From Candidatus Sulfomarinibacteraceae bacterium (GTDB lineage: Bacteria > Acidobacteriota > Thermoanaerobaculia > Thermoanaerobaculales > Sulfomarinibacteraceae), in contig CAWCLO010000001.1 in NCBI GenBank assembly GCA_963796455.1, forward strand, positions 768,001-832,000: DNA of 64,000 nt, in the 5' to 3' direction. Made by a program: the position numbers and the translations under genes. This document shows positions 21,587 through 34,001 of the stretch, piece by piece (within the stretch, counting starts at the first letter, position 1; each line of letters begins with the position of its first letter). Under the pieces are notes generated by a model that worked only from the letters and a program-made list of their open reading frames with translations, had not been told where the DNA came from and ran no database searches.

Positions 21587-21602
21587 TGCAAACAACGTGC
21601 CC
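21587..21602 (-). promoter_or_regulatory. sigma54 promoter candidate for the HAMP-synthetase gene
   Basis: GGGCACGTTGTTTGCA (GG-N10-GC); inverted repeat GTGCAAT/ATTGCAC just upstream (21612-21643). Confidence 0.6.
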
Positions 21603-21787
21603 GTAACGACAGTGCAATGCTCCCACGGGGTTTGGGATTGCACGCCAAATTGGCACCTGCCGGGGTTTGATCGCGACGGACGCGGTTTTGCGAGAATTAG
21701 GCCGTGGGGAGCATAATAAGTTGTGTGGAACTCATTGATTGGAGAGGCGGGGCCCTCAGTCAGTTCTACGGAGTCATCGATTGAAAC

Positions 21788-22222
21788 ATGGGCAGAAAAC
21801 CATAAGCCGGCCGCGGCAGTACCGACACAACTGTTGCTGGCGTGGGTGATGTGGGCGACTGTGGGGTCCGCTCTGGTTTTTCTGGGGGCGTTGTGGCTGT
21901 GGGAGTCGGCACCGGTTGTTGCGCCTTGGGTCGCGGCGGGTTCTCAAGCGGTCGGACTGGTCAAATCACGGCTGGTGCTCGACCGAGCAGCGCGAAGGGT
22001 TGTCGACCGAATTTGTGCCCGAGGCGATGGCCGTTGCCTCGGAGGGTTCCTCTCCCTGCCCACTGGGGTCTTGTGGCCTTGATGATGATCGTCGGCCGCC
22101 TGCTCCGAGGCACCCTCGCACATGGAATCGTCGGTCCACTCTATATTGCGGTTGGCACGGCTCTCTGCTTGTCTTCACGCATCTCCTGGCGGGCGTGGCG
22201 CGAGTCACGCTCGACCACCTGA
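21788..22222 (+). CDS. Hypothetical 4-TM membrane protein (frameshifted)
   Basis: LLLAWVMWATVG, KSRLVLDRAARRVVDRI, CLGGFLS, WGLVALMMIVGRLLR, YIAVGTALCLSS in ORFs 21723..22082 and 21842..22222; start uncertain. Confidence 0.6.
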
Positions 22223-22258
22223 AACCGGCGCCTGCCAGCTACCGGCGCAGTGGGTCAC

Positions 22259-22960
22259 TCACCTTCTTCTTCTTGGACGCGTCGTCGATGATAGTGGACG
22301 CTCCAGTCTTCCAGTTCCTCTGCCGGTGGACAGGTGAGCCCAAGTACGGCTGCCGTCACCAGGAAGGCAAAGGGCGGTCGCCGCCACCAGCCAGGACGGA
22401 ATGAAATCACCCACGTGAAGCCGAGAGTAGAACTCGGCCAAGTTTGTGACGCGAGTCGGGTGAATGAAAAGCTTGGCAACCCAGACCGCAGACATGAAGC
22501 CGATGACCAACAGGTAATTTCGACGGAGCCTCAAGCGCATGCCGGTCAGCCAACTGATGGAGAAGTGGGTGTGGCGCAGGTCGGCCGCGAGCAGGCGCTT
22601 CCAGTCAGGACTCGGATCCGACTCTTTCGCTGGGCACAAGATATTGGCAAAGAACCCGGACTCGAGGAGGTAGAGCCTCCACTTGCTGTGGTGAAGGTGA
22701 CGGTACCGCCGGCCTTCCAGAAGAATCGAGATCATTACCAACGCCAGACCCAACAGCAGCGTGTAGTGAGGAACATCGGCTGACCCGAGGGTGAAGGTCG
22801 TCAGGGCGGTCGCGAGGATGACAGCCCAATTCGATGTGACGTCAAGGCGTTGACGCCACACCGACATGCGGTTCATCTCTGCCCGGTACAGGTGGGCCAC
22901 CGCCATGACCATGTCGCGGTCGTTGGTGGATGTGTTTGCCAATTCTGTATCTCGAACCAT
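22259..22960 (-). CDS. DUF2270-like membrane protein
   Basis: AHLYRAEMNRMSVWRQRLDVTSNWA, EGRRYR, RLRRNY; C-terminus probably frameshifted. Confidence 0.8.
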   Translation of the reverse strand: MVRDTELANTSTNDRDMVMAVAHLYRAEMNRMSVWRQRLDVTSNWAVILATALTTFTLGSADVPHYTLLLGLALVMISILLEGRRYRHLHHSKWRLYLLESGFFANILCPAKESDPSPDWKRLLAADLRHTHFSISWLTGMRLRLRRNYLLVIGFMSAVWVAKLFIHPTRVTNLAEFYSRLHVGDFIPSWLVAATALCLPGDGSRTWAHLSTGRGTGRLERPLSSTTRPRRRR

Positions 22961-23195
22961 CGGTGCACTCTAGCATGAGGGCATACGCTCGCCCCTCGAA
23001 GGCGGTTGCGTGGTTCGGATTGGCGGAGCTGAGAACATCGGTGCCAAGGTTTTCGAAGCTCGTTACCGACGCAGATCTCCAGAGATCTCTTGTTCAAAAA
23101 GCACAGACGGTATTCGTCCGGAACTGGAGGTGGCAAGCGAACGGGCGTACACTAACTTGGTGAATACCTACCGAAGTTATCCCATTATCAGAGGT

Positions 23196-25233
23196 GTGCT
23201 CGGGCTGGCGGATCGCATTCATCTTTTTTTGAAGTACACCGAACACTCATACATGGTGCTCGTGGCGGTTGTGATTGGGCTGCTCGGGGGTCTCGGTGCG
23301 GTGGGTTTCCGCGAGTGTATCCGCCTTTTTCAGCTGGCTGCGTGGCATACCGACAACGTGACCCTCGAGTTACCTCAGAGAGTTGCCCATTGGTGGAAGA
23401 TCATCGACGCCTGCGGCGGGCGGTCTGATCGTCGGGCTGATCATCGTGCGCTTCGCTTCCGAAGCCAAAGGGCATGGCGTGCCGGAAGTCATGGAGGCGG
23501 TGGCGCTTCGGGGCGGTCGTATTCGTCCGCGGGTGGTTATCGCCAAACTCGTCGCATCCGGTGTGTGCATTGCCTCAGGAGGATCTGTGGGTCGGGAAGG
23601 ACCGATCGTTCAGATCGGTTCGGCGATCGGTTCGGCGGTCGGCCAGTGGTTGCGGGTCGGCGAACGCCGGCTGCGGACTCTTGTCGGTTGCGGCGCCGCG
23701 GCCGGGATCGCCGCCACCTTCAATGCGCCGGTGGCTGGCGCCCTGTTTGCGGTCGAGATCATTCTCGGCGATTTCGGCGTCACCCAGTTTTCCCCGATTG
23801 TGATTTCCTCGGTCACGGCGACCGTGGTCAGCCGGCACTTCCTCGGCGATTTCCCGGCGTTCGAGGTTCCGGCCTATCGCCTCGTCAGCGCAAATGAGCT
23901 CTTCGCATATGGCGCACTCGGGATTATCGCTGGACTCGTTGCCCTGCTCTTCGTTCGGACCTTGTATGGCGCCGAAGATCTCTTCGACAAGATCCGCTTT
24001 CCCGCGGTCCTCAAACCTGGCGATCGGTGGCGTGCTCATCGGGTGATCGCGATCCGTTTCCCGGAGATCTTCGGCGTCGGCTATGAGGCGATCAACGAAG
24101 CGTCTGACTGGCGACCTGGGCTGGAGGCTGCTGCTCATCCTCGTGATTGTGAAGATCGTGGCGGTGTCGCTGACAATCGGTTCGGGCGGGTCGGGCGGAA
24201 TTTTCGCGCCGTCATTGTTCATCGGTGCGATGGCGGGTGGCGCTGTCGGTACGGTTGTTCACACCCTGTGGCCCGAGAATGTCGGGCAGCCCGGGAGCCT
24301 ACGCTTTGGTGGGCATGGGCGCCGTGGTGGCGGCTGGCACCCACGCGCCGATAACGGCCATCGTCATGATCTTCGAGCTCACCGGCGACTACAAGATCAT
24401 CCTTCCACTGATGATCAGCTGCATCATCGCGACGCTCCTGGCGACGCGGCTGCAGAAGGCGTCGATCTACACCCTCAAGCTTCTGCGGCGCGGCGTCGAC
24501 ATCCGCGGTGGGTTACTCGGCCAACGTGCTCGGCCACCTGACGGCCCGCGACGCGATGCGAACCGAGTATGCCGAGGTCGGGCGCGCCGACCAGCTCATG
24601 CCGGTGATCTCCCGCTTTGTCGAACGACCGGGCGACACGGTCGTGGTGACCGGCACCGATGATCAGCTTCTTCGGCGTGATCACCGTCGACGATATCCGA
24701 CCGTTGATGACCGATCCGGACAGTCGGTACAGGGCTGGTCATCGCCGAGGACATGATGCGGACGGGCGGTTTCCCGGTATTTGCACCCGACGATCCCCTC
24801 GAACGAGGTCATGCGACGATTTGGGCAGCTACCGATTCATCGCACCGGTGGTCGAGGACGGCCGGCTGGTCGGCACCCTGTGGCCCCAGGACGTGATCGA
24901 GTCCTACAACGCGGAAATCCTCAAGCGCGACATGGCCTCGACCATGGCCGTAACAGTCGGCAACGGCACCCCGGCGCGAGCCCTGCCCGGAGTGCGCGGC
25001 ATGAGCATGGCGGAGGTTCCGGCGCCGGCGAGCTTTTTCGGCCGCAGCCTCGGATCCCTCGACATCCGCAAACCGTTATGGGGTCAGCCTGCTCCTGATC
25101 AAACGGAAGCGGCGAGGACGATGAAGAGATCGTCGACGAATTGCCCGATGCGGCTTCGGTCTTCGAGGAAGGCGATGTGATGTTGGTTCTGGGGAACGAA
25201 GATCGCATCAGCCGATTCGAGAAGGATGGCTGA
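23196..25233 (+). CDS. ClC chloride/H+ transporter with CBS pair and TrkA_C domain (frameshifted)
   Basis: [47 protein letters not shown]-like and TrkA_C-like ([10 protein letters not shown]) segments. Confidence 0.88.
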
Positions 25234-25239
25234 AAGCGC

Positions 25240-25506
25240 TTGCGACCCGCGTTGTTGGTATTCATGACCTTCGGTGGTCTCATCATGGCCGGTTTTGGGG
25301 TGCTTCAGTTTTGGATCGATACGGAATGGCTGCATGAAGCCGTCATCGATGGTCATCGGGGTGGTGGATCCCGGAGATGGAGTCAAGGGAAGAGCACGGT
25401 CGTAGCTCCTCCTGCGGACACGGTTTTTTGCGAAGGGGAAGTATTGCTGCTCCTCGGGAGAATCGACAACCTCAATCCATTCACCACCACATATCAGACA
25501 TCCTGA
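25240..25506 (+). pseudogene. Short ORF with a TM segment and TrkA_C-like tail, probably a remnant
   Basis: VVAPPADTVFCEGEVLLLLG resembles the end of TrkA_C. Confidence 0.4.
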
Positions 25507-25558
25507 CGATAAAGATTAACCTCTGTCGAAAACCACCAAACAGAGGAGTATACGCAGA

Positions 25559-28500
25559 ATGGCTGGTGCGCTGTCATTAAAAAATCTGCTACGTAAGGTC
25601 TTCCCGTTTCTCGAATGGTTTAGGGAACTGACACCAGCGACGATTCGCGCCGACTTCGTTGCCGGCCTCACCGTCGCCCTGGTTCTGGTGCCCCAATCCA
25701 TGGCCTATGCGCAGCTTGCCGGTCTGCCTGCGTATTACGGTCTACGCGGCCTGCCCTCCCACCGATGATCGCAAATCTGTTCGGGTCGAGTCGGCAGCTG
25801 GCGACCGGACCGGTCGCTGTCGTGTCACTGATGACAGCGGCTTCCTTGGAACCCCCGCCACCGCCGGCGGCGAGCAGTTCATCGCCTACGCGATTTTGCT
25901 CGCGCTCATGGTGGGAATCTTCCAGTTCTTCCTTGGTGTAGCCCGGCTCGGGCTTGTCGTGAACTTCCTGTCGCACCCCGTGGTCAACGGTTTCACCAAC
26001 GCCGCGGCATTGATTATCGCCACCTCGCAGCTCAACAAAATCTTCGGTGTGCAGGTCGAGAAGGCCGAGCACCATTACGAAACGATCATCCGGGTGGTGG
26101 AATCCGCGGTCCACTGGACCCATCTGCCGACCTTTGCAATGGCTGTTGTTGCATTTGCCGTCACGTTCGGCCTGCGGCGTCTCAACCCGCGGCTGCCGAA
26201 TGTGCTCATCGCCGTGGTCGTGACCAGCCTTCTTGCGTGGGTTTTTGGATTCGAGCGCAATCAGACGCTGTCAGCAGGCGCAGTCGACTCGCCGCGGCTT
26301 CCTCTCCTGATCGAAGAATTCAATTCGGCAGTCACCGAGCAGCGCCACATGGAACAACTGCGGTCGGATATGTGCCATATTTGACGCTGGAGTCTCGGCT
26401 GAAAGCGGCTCCTTTTGTCAGGGTTGCCATTCGAGCCGAGATGTCGAGGCCTTCGTCAATAGTGCGGTGCTCACCAACGACGACGGCGTGCTCACCCGCG
26501 TGCTCGCCCTTCATCAGATGGCCGGACTCCTCGATACCCATATCGCCGAGCTCAAGGAGCAGGTGTCCGAGAAGCGGACCGACCTGCTCGATCATCTTCG
26601 ACCGGGTCGTGGGCGAGGACACGCATGGCGGCCTTTTCGAGCGTGGGCGCGTTCCGGACAATGGTTTCCACCAGATGGTCGGCGTGGTGGCGGCTCAAGG
26701 TTGGTGGCCAGGCCCTGACCCTGAAAACCTCGTGTTCGTTGGCGGTGGTGCGGTGGTCGGAACCATTCCACGCGGACTGCCTTCGCCAAAGATGCCCCGC
26801 CTCGACATGACCGTCATTCCGAAGCTCTTCGCACCGGCCATCATCATTTCGCTCCTGGGATTCATGGAGGCGATTTCGATCGCCAAGGCCATGGCCGCCA
26901 AGACGCGTCAAAGGCTCGACCCCAACCAGGAACTCATCGGCCAGGGTCTCGGCCATGGTTGGCTGCGTGTTCCAGAGCTACGCCGTTTCAGGTCGTTTTC
27001 GCGGTCGGCCGTCAACCTTCAGGCGGGGGCCAGGACGGGTCTGTCCACGTTTTTAAGTCGGCGTCGTGATGATCGTCCTCCTGTTTGCGCCGCCGATGCT
27101 CGATGACCTTCCCCAGGCGGTGCTCGCGGCGATCATCATGATAAGGTGATCGGCCTGCTCAATGTGAGTGGATTTGTTCATGCCTGGCGGACCAGCCCTT
27201 TCGACGGCCTGGTATCGGTCATTACATTCGTCGGCACCCTCGCCTTCGCCCCCCACCTCGAATGGGGCATTTTCCATCTGGGTCGTGCTTTCGCTGGGAG
27301 GCTATCTCTTCCGATCGATGCGGCCACACGTCGTGCGCCTTGCACCGGCCGCAGACGGAACCGTGCGCGAGCCCGGCTCACCGGCATGATCGGGCTCTGT
27401 CGCTACATTGCCGTTGTCGGTTTCGACGGTCCCTCGAATTTCGCCAGCACCTCGTACCTCGAGGATGAGATTCTGCGACAGGTTGCGGAGCATCCCGACC
27501 TCCGCTATTTGCTCCTTTCCGGTAAGGGCATTAGTGAGATTGACGCCTCCGGTGAGGAAACGTTGCGCGACCTCGTGGATAGGCTGCGGGCAACGCAGAT
27601 CGAGATCGCCGTCACGCACCTTTCGGACAAGGTTCTCAAACGTTCCTGAAACGCTCCCGCCTCTTCGATCGGATCGGCGAGGAAAACATTTTCGCGACGG
27701 ACGTGCGGGCGATAGCAGCAATCTCACCGACGGCTCACCGCCCTTCCGACGAGGTTGAATGCCCGTTTCACGGTGTCGTCCCTCGCCTCGCCGAACTTTC
27801 GTTGCACCCCGATGGCTCGTCGATGATGCCGAGCGCTACCGCCTGGCGACCTGTCGCCACCTGGCCGTGTTAGTATCGAAAGCCCGATCAACCGGCGAGC
27901 GTGCGCTATGTCGAGGAGTGGGTGTTCGAAAGAGTCGCGAATCGCCCCGATCTTCGTCACGTTGTGTTCGTCGCCCACGGGATGACCTCAATCGATGAGG
28001 AAGGAACATCGCCTGAGGCTGCTCGCGAGCGAACTCAACAAGAGGGGCTTAGAGGTTTCATTTTCTTGCGGGATCCCGGATGATGTGGTCGACGTGTTTG
28101 TCCGCGCTGGCCATCCCGAAATGTTGGAGCCATCCCACCTTTACCCGACCGGGGTAGTTGCCATAGCATCGGTCTGGGCGCAGGCCCATGTCGCCTCTGA
28201 TGAGCGGACCTGTCCGCTGTATCCCCTGGCACCTCAGTTGACCGAACTCGGTGTTCACCCGAAGGGTGGGCTTCGTGATGCCATCCGCTCCGGTCTGCAC
28301 GTCTGCCCGACGATCGGCGTTCTGAGGCTGGACAGCGCTTCGGGCTTTGCCACCCACGGGGTCGACGATCGGCGGCGAGTTCCATCGCTGGCGGCAACGT
28401 CGTGAACGGGTCAAGACGGTGATTTTTGTTTGTACCGCTCTAACCCGTTTGGAATCCGCCCAGGCCGAAAACCTCCTCGAACTGGTGAACCATGCCCGTA

Positions 28501-29152
28501 ACGCCGGATTCAAGGTGGCACTGTGCCGGCTGCCGGACGCGGCAATCGAACGCTTGCCCGTACCGGCGTCGGTGACAAAGTGGGTCTCGACGACATCTAA
28601 ATCGGTGACCGGCGCCCTCGCTGAAGCGTGGAATGAGGCACATCCGACCTCCGGCGATGAGCACTGTCCGCTCGAAAAGCTCTTGCCGCACGTCACCGAG
28701 CTCTCTCTCCACGAAGACGGCTCGTATCTGAAATTCCGCCAGATACTCTCTGGCGCGATGCCGTCATATCTCGATGGTCCGGTTTGACGGCAGGCTCGAT
28801 TACTCCACGCTTTCACATTTTGGTCGCGGTATCGACAGCGTGGTTGACAACTCTCCCGAGCTTCGCTGCCTCATCATCGCCGGCCACACCCTGGAACGGA
28901 TCGATGAAGAAAGCGGCGGAGGCCCACTGGAGGTCTTCGACCGCCTGCGAAAACGGGGTCTGCGGGTGTGTGAGCGGGCTCCGCGACGAAGTGATCGATG
29001 TTCTCAGACAGACGGGTGTTCGCGAAACCATTGGTGAAAAGTGCATCTTCCCGACCCAGGCAAAGGCCATTGAGAGCGCCTACGAGGAAACACATCAAGA
29101 TTCGGATGAGAATCACTGCCCGTTGATTGAGGTGGTGCCGCTGACGACGTGA
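25559..29152 (+). CDS. SulP/SLC26 anion transporter with a long loop insertion and four tandem STAS domains (heavily frameshifted)
   Basis: [67 protein letters not shown]; four STAS-like repeats, each ending H...CP. Confidence 0.85.
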
Positions 29153-29237
29153 CGGCACCGCTGAAACTCAGACCGGGAAACTCCAATGACAACCGAAACG
29201 GTCGCCTACGGGGATCGAAGAGGTGGAATCCTCGCCG

Positions 29238-29668
29238 CTACCAACCCTTTGTGTGCATGATGCCGTCGATGTTATCGAGGGCGATTTTTTCTTCGTGCGC
29301 CAGACGCGCCGCACGAGCAGATCGGATGCGCTCCACCAGAGTCTCGACATCGGTTGGTTTCTCGAAGATATCTACGGCTCCAAGCCGTGTCGCCTCGATA
29401 GCGGTTGCATGATCGCCCGTCCGGAAAGGATCATCACCTGCAGATCGGGGTGCGCCTCATGGAGTCTGCGGAGTGTCTCGATGCCGTCGAGACCAGGCAT
29501 GGCGAGATCCAGCAGTATGGCGTCAAAGCTTTGATCCTCGATCAATCTCAGAGCTTCCTGCCTGGACGAAGCGCAGGTGACCTCGAGACCCCGGATGCTC
29601 AACCGCTCGGCGAGCGCCTCGAGAAAGGTGGTCTCGTCATCAACCAGTAGAACGCGATCTTTTGCCAT
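29238..29668 (-). CDS. Single-domain response regulator (frameshift near 29400)
   Basis: VLLVDDE, LLDLAMPGLDG, ILSG, FEKP. Confidence 0.85.
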
Positions 29669-29687
29669 TCAAGCCTCCATTTTGCGA

Positions 29688-30378
29688 TCATACACCCGTT
29701 GTGGCCGCCTTCATCGGTGCATCAAGGCTGAGAACTATCCGTGTCCGCCATCGGGATCCGGCATGATGTGCGGTGCCGTTGTCAGAGCCGCACAGCCGGT
29801 TTCGAGTGCTGCGGCCCTCGATTCCTCGCTCGTAAGATCGGGCAATGGGTCGGCGCTGCTCACGACCACCTTCTAGGGCACCGGCCTGCTCTCCACCCAT
29901 AGCTCGATCCGTCGTTCGGATGAGGCAGACCCGATCGCGAACATGACACAACAATGCAGGGCCACCAGGAGAGAAACGGGTCGCCATGGTGTTCGATGGG
30001 CGACGCCGGAGGACGAACCGTCAATTTGACTTCCGCCAGACGCGCTTCCCTTGCGGCCAGCAGACCAAAAAGCGCCAGGTTCTCTCCGAGATCAAACGTC
30101 GTATCGGAGTTGTCGACGCTGTGCGACAGACTGTGGAGACAGCGGTTGATCTCTTCACCGCGGATGACCTGCGATTTGATCCGGCCCGCGAGATCGGCGA
30201 CTCGAGCAAGGCCGGCCCCACCGCCGTCGGCGTTGGCTTTGAGGATGTCCTGCTGAAGGCCGGTGAGTTCATTGATGATGTTGAAGATGTTGTTGACCTC
30301 GTGTGACAGTCCCGCACCCATCGAGCCGAAAAACAGCAGGCCCTCTCTCGCCAGGCGTTGTTGTGGGTCATCGCTCAT
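29688..30378 (-). CDS. Short cytoplasmic histidine-kinase-like protein (HisKA, degenerate HATPase)
   Basis: GSMGAGLSHEVNNIFNIINE H-box; frameshifted C-terminus. Confidence 0.7.
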
Positions 30379-30760
30379 CGCCGTGTATCTTTTCTGGGCT
30401 GTTGACAGCTTGCCTGATCGTCTCCAACAGGTCCTCGAGGTCAATCGGTTTTTGGAGGTAGGCCACCGCCCCGAGACGACGGCCGATCTCTCTGTCCTCG
30501 GTCGAGCCGTGACCAGTCATCAGTACGACCTTGACCTCTGGATGGCGTTGGGTGACCGTTCTTAGGACTTCCAATCCGCCGATCCCAGGCATCTTGACGT
30601 CCATGATCACCACACCGAAAGAACCGTCCCGTAGCAGATCGAGAGCCTCGTTCCCCGACGTGACACCAACGGACTCGATACCGCGCAATTCAAGCCTCTC
30701 GACGACGGTAGTGACAAGCTCCTCTTCGTCGTCAACGAACAACAACCGCTGGTTCTCCAT
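30368..30760 (-). CDS. Single-domain response regulator
   Basis: [25 protein letters not shown]. Confidence 0.9.
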   Translation of the reverse strand: MENQRLLFVDDEEELVTTVVERLELRGIESVGVTSGNEALDLLRDGSFGVVIMDVKMPGIGGLEVLRTVTQRHPEVKVVLMTGHGSTEDREIGRRLGAVAYLQKPIDLEDLLETIRQAVNSPEKIHGDER

Positions 30761-30765
30761 ACTTC

Positions 30766-32482
30766 TCACCCCTCTTGAGACATCGGCAGAACGACCGTGA
30801 AACGGGTTCCCTTGCCGGGTTCACTTTGAACCCGGTCTCTCCACCGAGCTTCCGAACGATGCCATAGGTGATCGACAGCCCGAGACCGGTGCCGTCACCG
30901 GCCTTGGTAGTGAAAAACGGTTCAAAGATCCTCTCCATGTGTTCCTTCGGAATACCCACGCCATCGTCGGCAATCGCGACAAAAACCTGGGGAAGCTCCT
31001 TCCCTCGCGATCTCGATTCCGATGCTGCCCCCGTCCGAGACGGCTGCAAAGGCGTTGTTCAGAATATTGAGAAAGACCTGTTGCAGTTGTCCGCGATCAC
31101 TCGTGATGGTCGGAACATCGGGTTCGAGTTCAAAACTCACCTTGACGTCTCGATACTCGGCCTCCTTTTCGAGGAAGGTCAGAACTTCTTTGAGCAGGTT
31201 CTCGAGATCGATGGTCTCGGTCTGAACATCCATGTGGCGCGCAAATCCGAGCAATCGATGGGTGACCTTCTTGCAGCGTTGAACCGACCGCAGAATCGAA
31301 TCAACAGCCGCGATGAGCCGCTCTTTGTGTTCGATCTCGGGTCCAGCCGTGACCAGATCCCGAAGAAGACCTGCTTTTTCGTTGACGATTGCGAGCGGAT
31401 TGTTGATCTCGTGCGCAACGCCCGAGGCCAGCCGTCCGATAGAGGCCAGTTTGTTGCTGTACTCCATGTGGTGATACAGCGCCGCCCGTCTTTCATCAGA
31501 CTCTCGAATCCTCCGGATGAGGAGGCCGGAACCCCAAAGAATGACACCCAAAATCAAGGCCGCGCTGACGACCAGAAAGCCGACGAGTTCATTGCGAAGC
31601 GTGAACCACCGCCCCATCGCCTCGTGGGCAGGTTTGACGTGGACCAGGATGAAAGGTGAACTCGCGATGTATGCGGAGGACATGAAGATTCTTTCGCCGA
31701 GGATGTCGACGATCTCGACATCCTCAACGCTCGGGGAGAAGTGGGGCACCGGCATCGGAAACGGTTGCAGGATCTCTCCGTATCGCCGCGAAGGCGATTG
31801 CAGAATTCCGTCGCGATTGATGAGGAACACATCGTCGGATGGTTTCAAACCGGCTGTGAGAATCTGCTCGCTGAGCATGTCCGCATCGATGGTCGCGCGG
31901 AGAACGTAAAATGCACCGTCGACCTGATCGTGCTTGGTCGCGATGGCGAAGTGCGGCGAGTTGCGGAATCCGAGGAAAACATCGCTGGTGTAGGTGCCCA
32001 GTCGGGCAACCTCGTGAAACCAGTCTTGATCAACATAGTTTCGGCCCGAAAGCTCGAAGGGGCCCGAGTAGCATGGCTGTTCTCCTCGGTCGTCGATCAA
32101 CCCGAGGTCGACGAAAGCCCCCACCTCCAGCGAACGATTGAGGTTGGAAATCATCCGCATGAGGGTTTTTTCGTCACACAGATCGGAATATGGGCGTTCG
32201 TGAACCAGAAAAGTCAGGGCCGATCGTCTTTCGGACAAAAAAGAGCTCGAGCGATCTTTTGGTGTTGAGGGTCAGACGTGCCATAGGCTGCACCGCTTCG
32301 GCCTGCAGCGCGTCGCGGTACTGTACATAATTCATGAATGTCGTGATGAAGAGCGGAACGAGAGCCACCGTGGCCGTCGCAGCAACGACCAATCGTCGGA
32401 GTGTCCGATATGCCCTTTTTGGCACCCGTCCTTCCAACTCGGCGCGTTCTGCCGTGGCCTTGTCGGCAGGGCGGGCGCTCAT
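30766..32482 (-). CDS. Membrane sensor histidine kinase, Cache-type sensor, NtrB-like core (frameshifted)
   Basis: Two TMs; [46 protein letters not shown]. Confidence 0.88.
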
Positions 32483-32490
32483 GGACTCCT

Positions 32491-33716
32491 TCAATCTCCA
32501 GCTCGACCCGTGCGGGATTCTTCAAGCCGACGGTAGGCCGCTTTCATAGTTTCTGTGAGCTCCTCGATATCGACAGGTTTCTGGAGGTAAGCAAAGGCGC
32601 CGAGCTCTTTCGCCAGTCTTTTTTCTTTGTCAGATCCGTGCCCAGTGAGGATAATCACTTCGGTCAATGGATGAGTTCGCTTGACTCGGCGTAAAACTTC
32701 CAATCCATCAATACCCGGCATCTTCAGATCGAGAACCATGACCTCGGGTTCATCGCTCTCAATCATCGCCAGCGCCTGTTCACCGTCGTAGGCGATCCAG
32801 GTGTCATGCGCCGGGTCTGAAGGCGTTCGGAAAGGGCGTTGACGAATTCGTTCTCGTCATCGACAAGCAATATCTTGGACGGCACGTCGATGTCGATGTC
32901 GAATGAGATACCGGGTTCACGATACTGAGGTCCCGGTCGCGCGGTGGCCGATCGGACACCTGGCACTGTGCTTGCCGTTTCGGTGAGTTCCCGTTCGTAA
33001 CGCTCAAGAAATATTGAATGCTTTTTGATGAGAATCGTGATTCTGCCGTCACTGCAGATGACGTCAACGTCAGCGCCTGCCTCTGCCAGGGTTACCCCGA
33101 CTGCAGCGGCCAATCGGAAATCCTGCATCGCTTGCTCGACCGATGGGGTGACCACGACAGCGGGTAGCAAGGCATGGTTGGAGACCATCTCCACTGCATC
33201 GTCCACGGACATTTCCTGCATGGCGAGGAATATGTCGTACAAGTCCCGATCCCACGGACTGCGGTCGAAGAGCACACCGGTCCACTCCGCCCTTTGCTCA
33301 TCGTCCGCTCTGATCTGGCGTTGGGCTTCGCGGTTTGAGAATCCTTCGGACATCGCCTGCCTTTTCCGGGACTCGGGGGTGCCGGCGAGACAGACCTTCA
33401 GCACATGGGTCAGGGAGGGTGGCAAGAGATGCCCTGCCCGTCCCAGGTAAACTCGAGATTCGGCACCGAAAGTTTCGGCTGCCGCAGCCCGTAGGTGTGC
33501 GATAAGGCGGACCTGATCTTTGCGAAAACCATCGAGCAGTGAGCGAGGCCCATACATCAATTTTTTGAAACGGCTGGATTCGATACCCGACCGCTCCGCA
33601 GCAAGGTCAAACAGTTCTTCGTCGCTCAGCTTTCCTGCGCCGAGGCGCTCTTGTACCCCGTCAGCGACCTCTCGACCTCGGCAGAAGACACCGGCGTCAA
33701 TTGCAACTAATGCCAT
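32491..33716 (-). CDS. Cytidylate-kinase-like domain fused to a receiver domain (frameshift near 32800)
   Basis: N-terminal CMK-like fold with degenerate P-loop (YLGRAGHLL, DDEQRAEW, LYDI); C-terminal LLVDDE...LDLKMPGIDG...LTGHG...QKP. Confidence 0.8.
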
Positions 33717-34001
33717 GCCGTACGCTCCCTCCGGTTCTACGGGCTCGCCCTGAGCATTCCGCTCCGTTGCATAAGGTTTTACCCCGCGGCAACCTCCAGA
33801 GTCTAGCACCGAAATGAGACAACTCACGCCTGCTCGTGTGGCCTATTCAAGACTTTCTTGGCGCGAAGCCGAAGAGTTCTTGCCTCGAGATGAAAGCGAA
33901 TACTCATTGCAGAAAAAGGGCAAGCTGATTCGGGAAACGACGAACTCAGAAACAGCAACATCGAAGTGCAGACGGAGAAGCATACTGGCTGGGTCACGGG
34001 T

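Noticed and set aside
33766..33790. sigma54 promoter for the signalling operon
   Set aside because: GG-to-GC spacing is 11 nt and the -24 match is weak; it cannot be supported without polishing.
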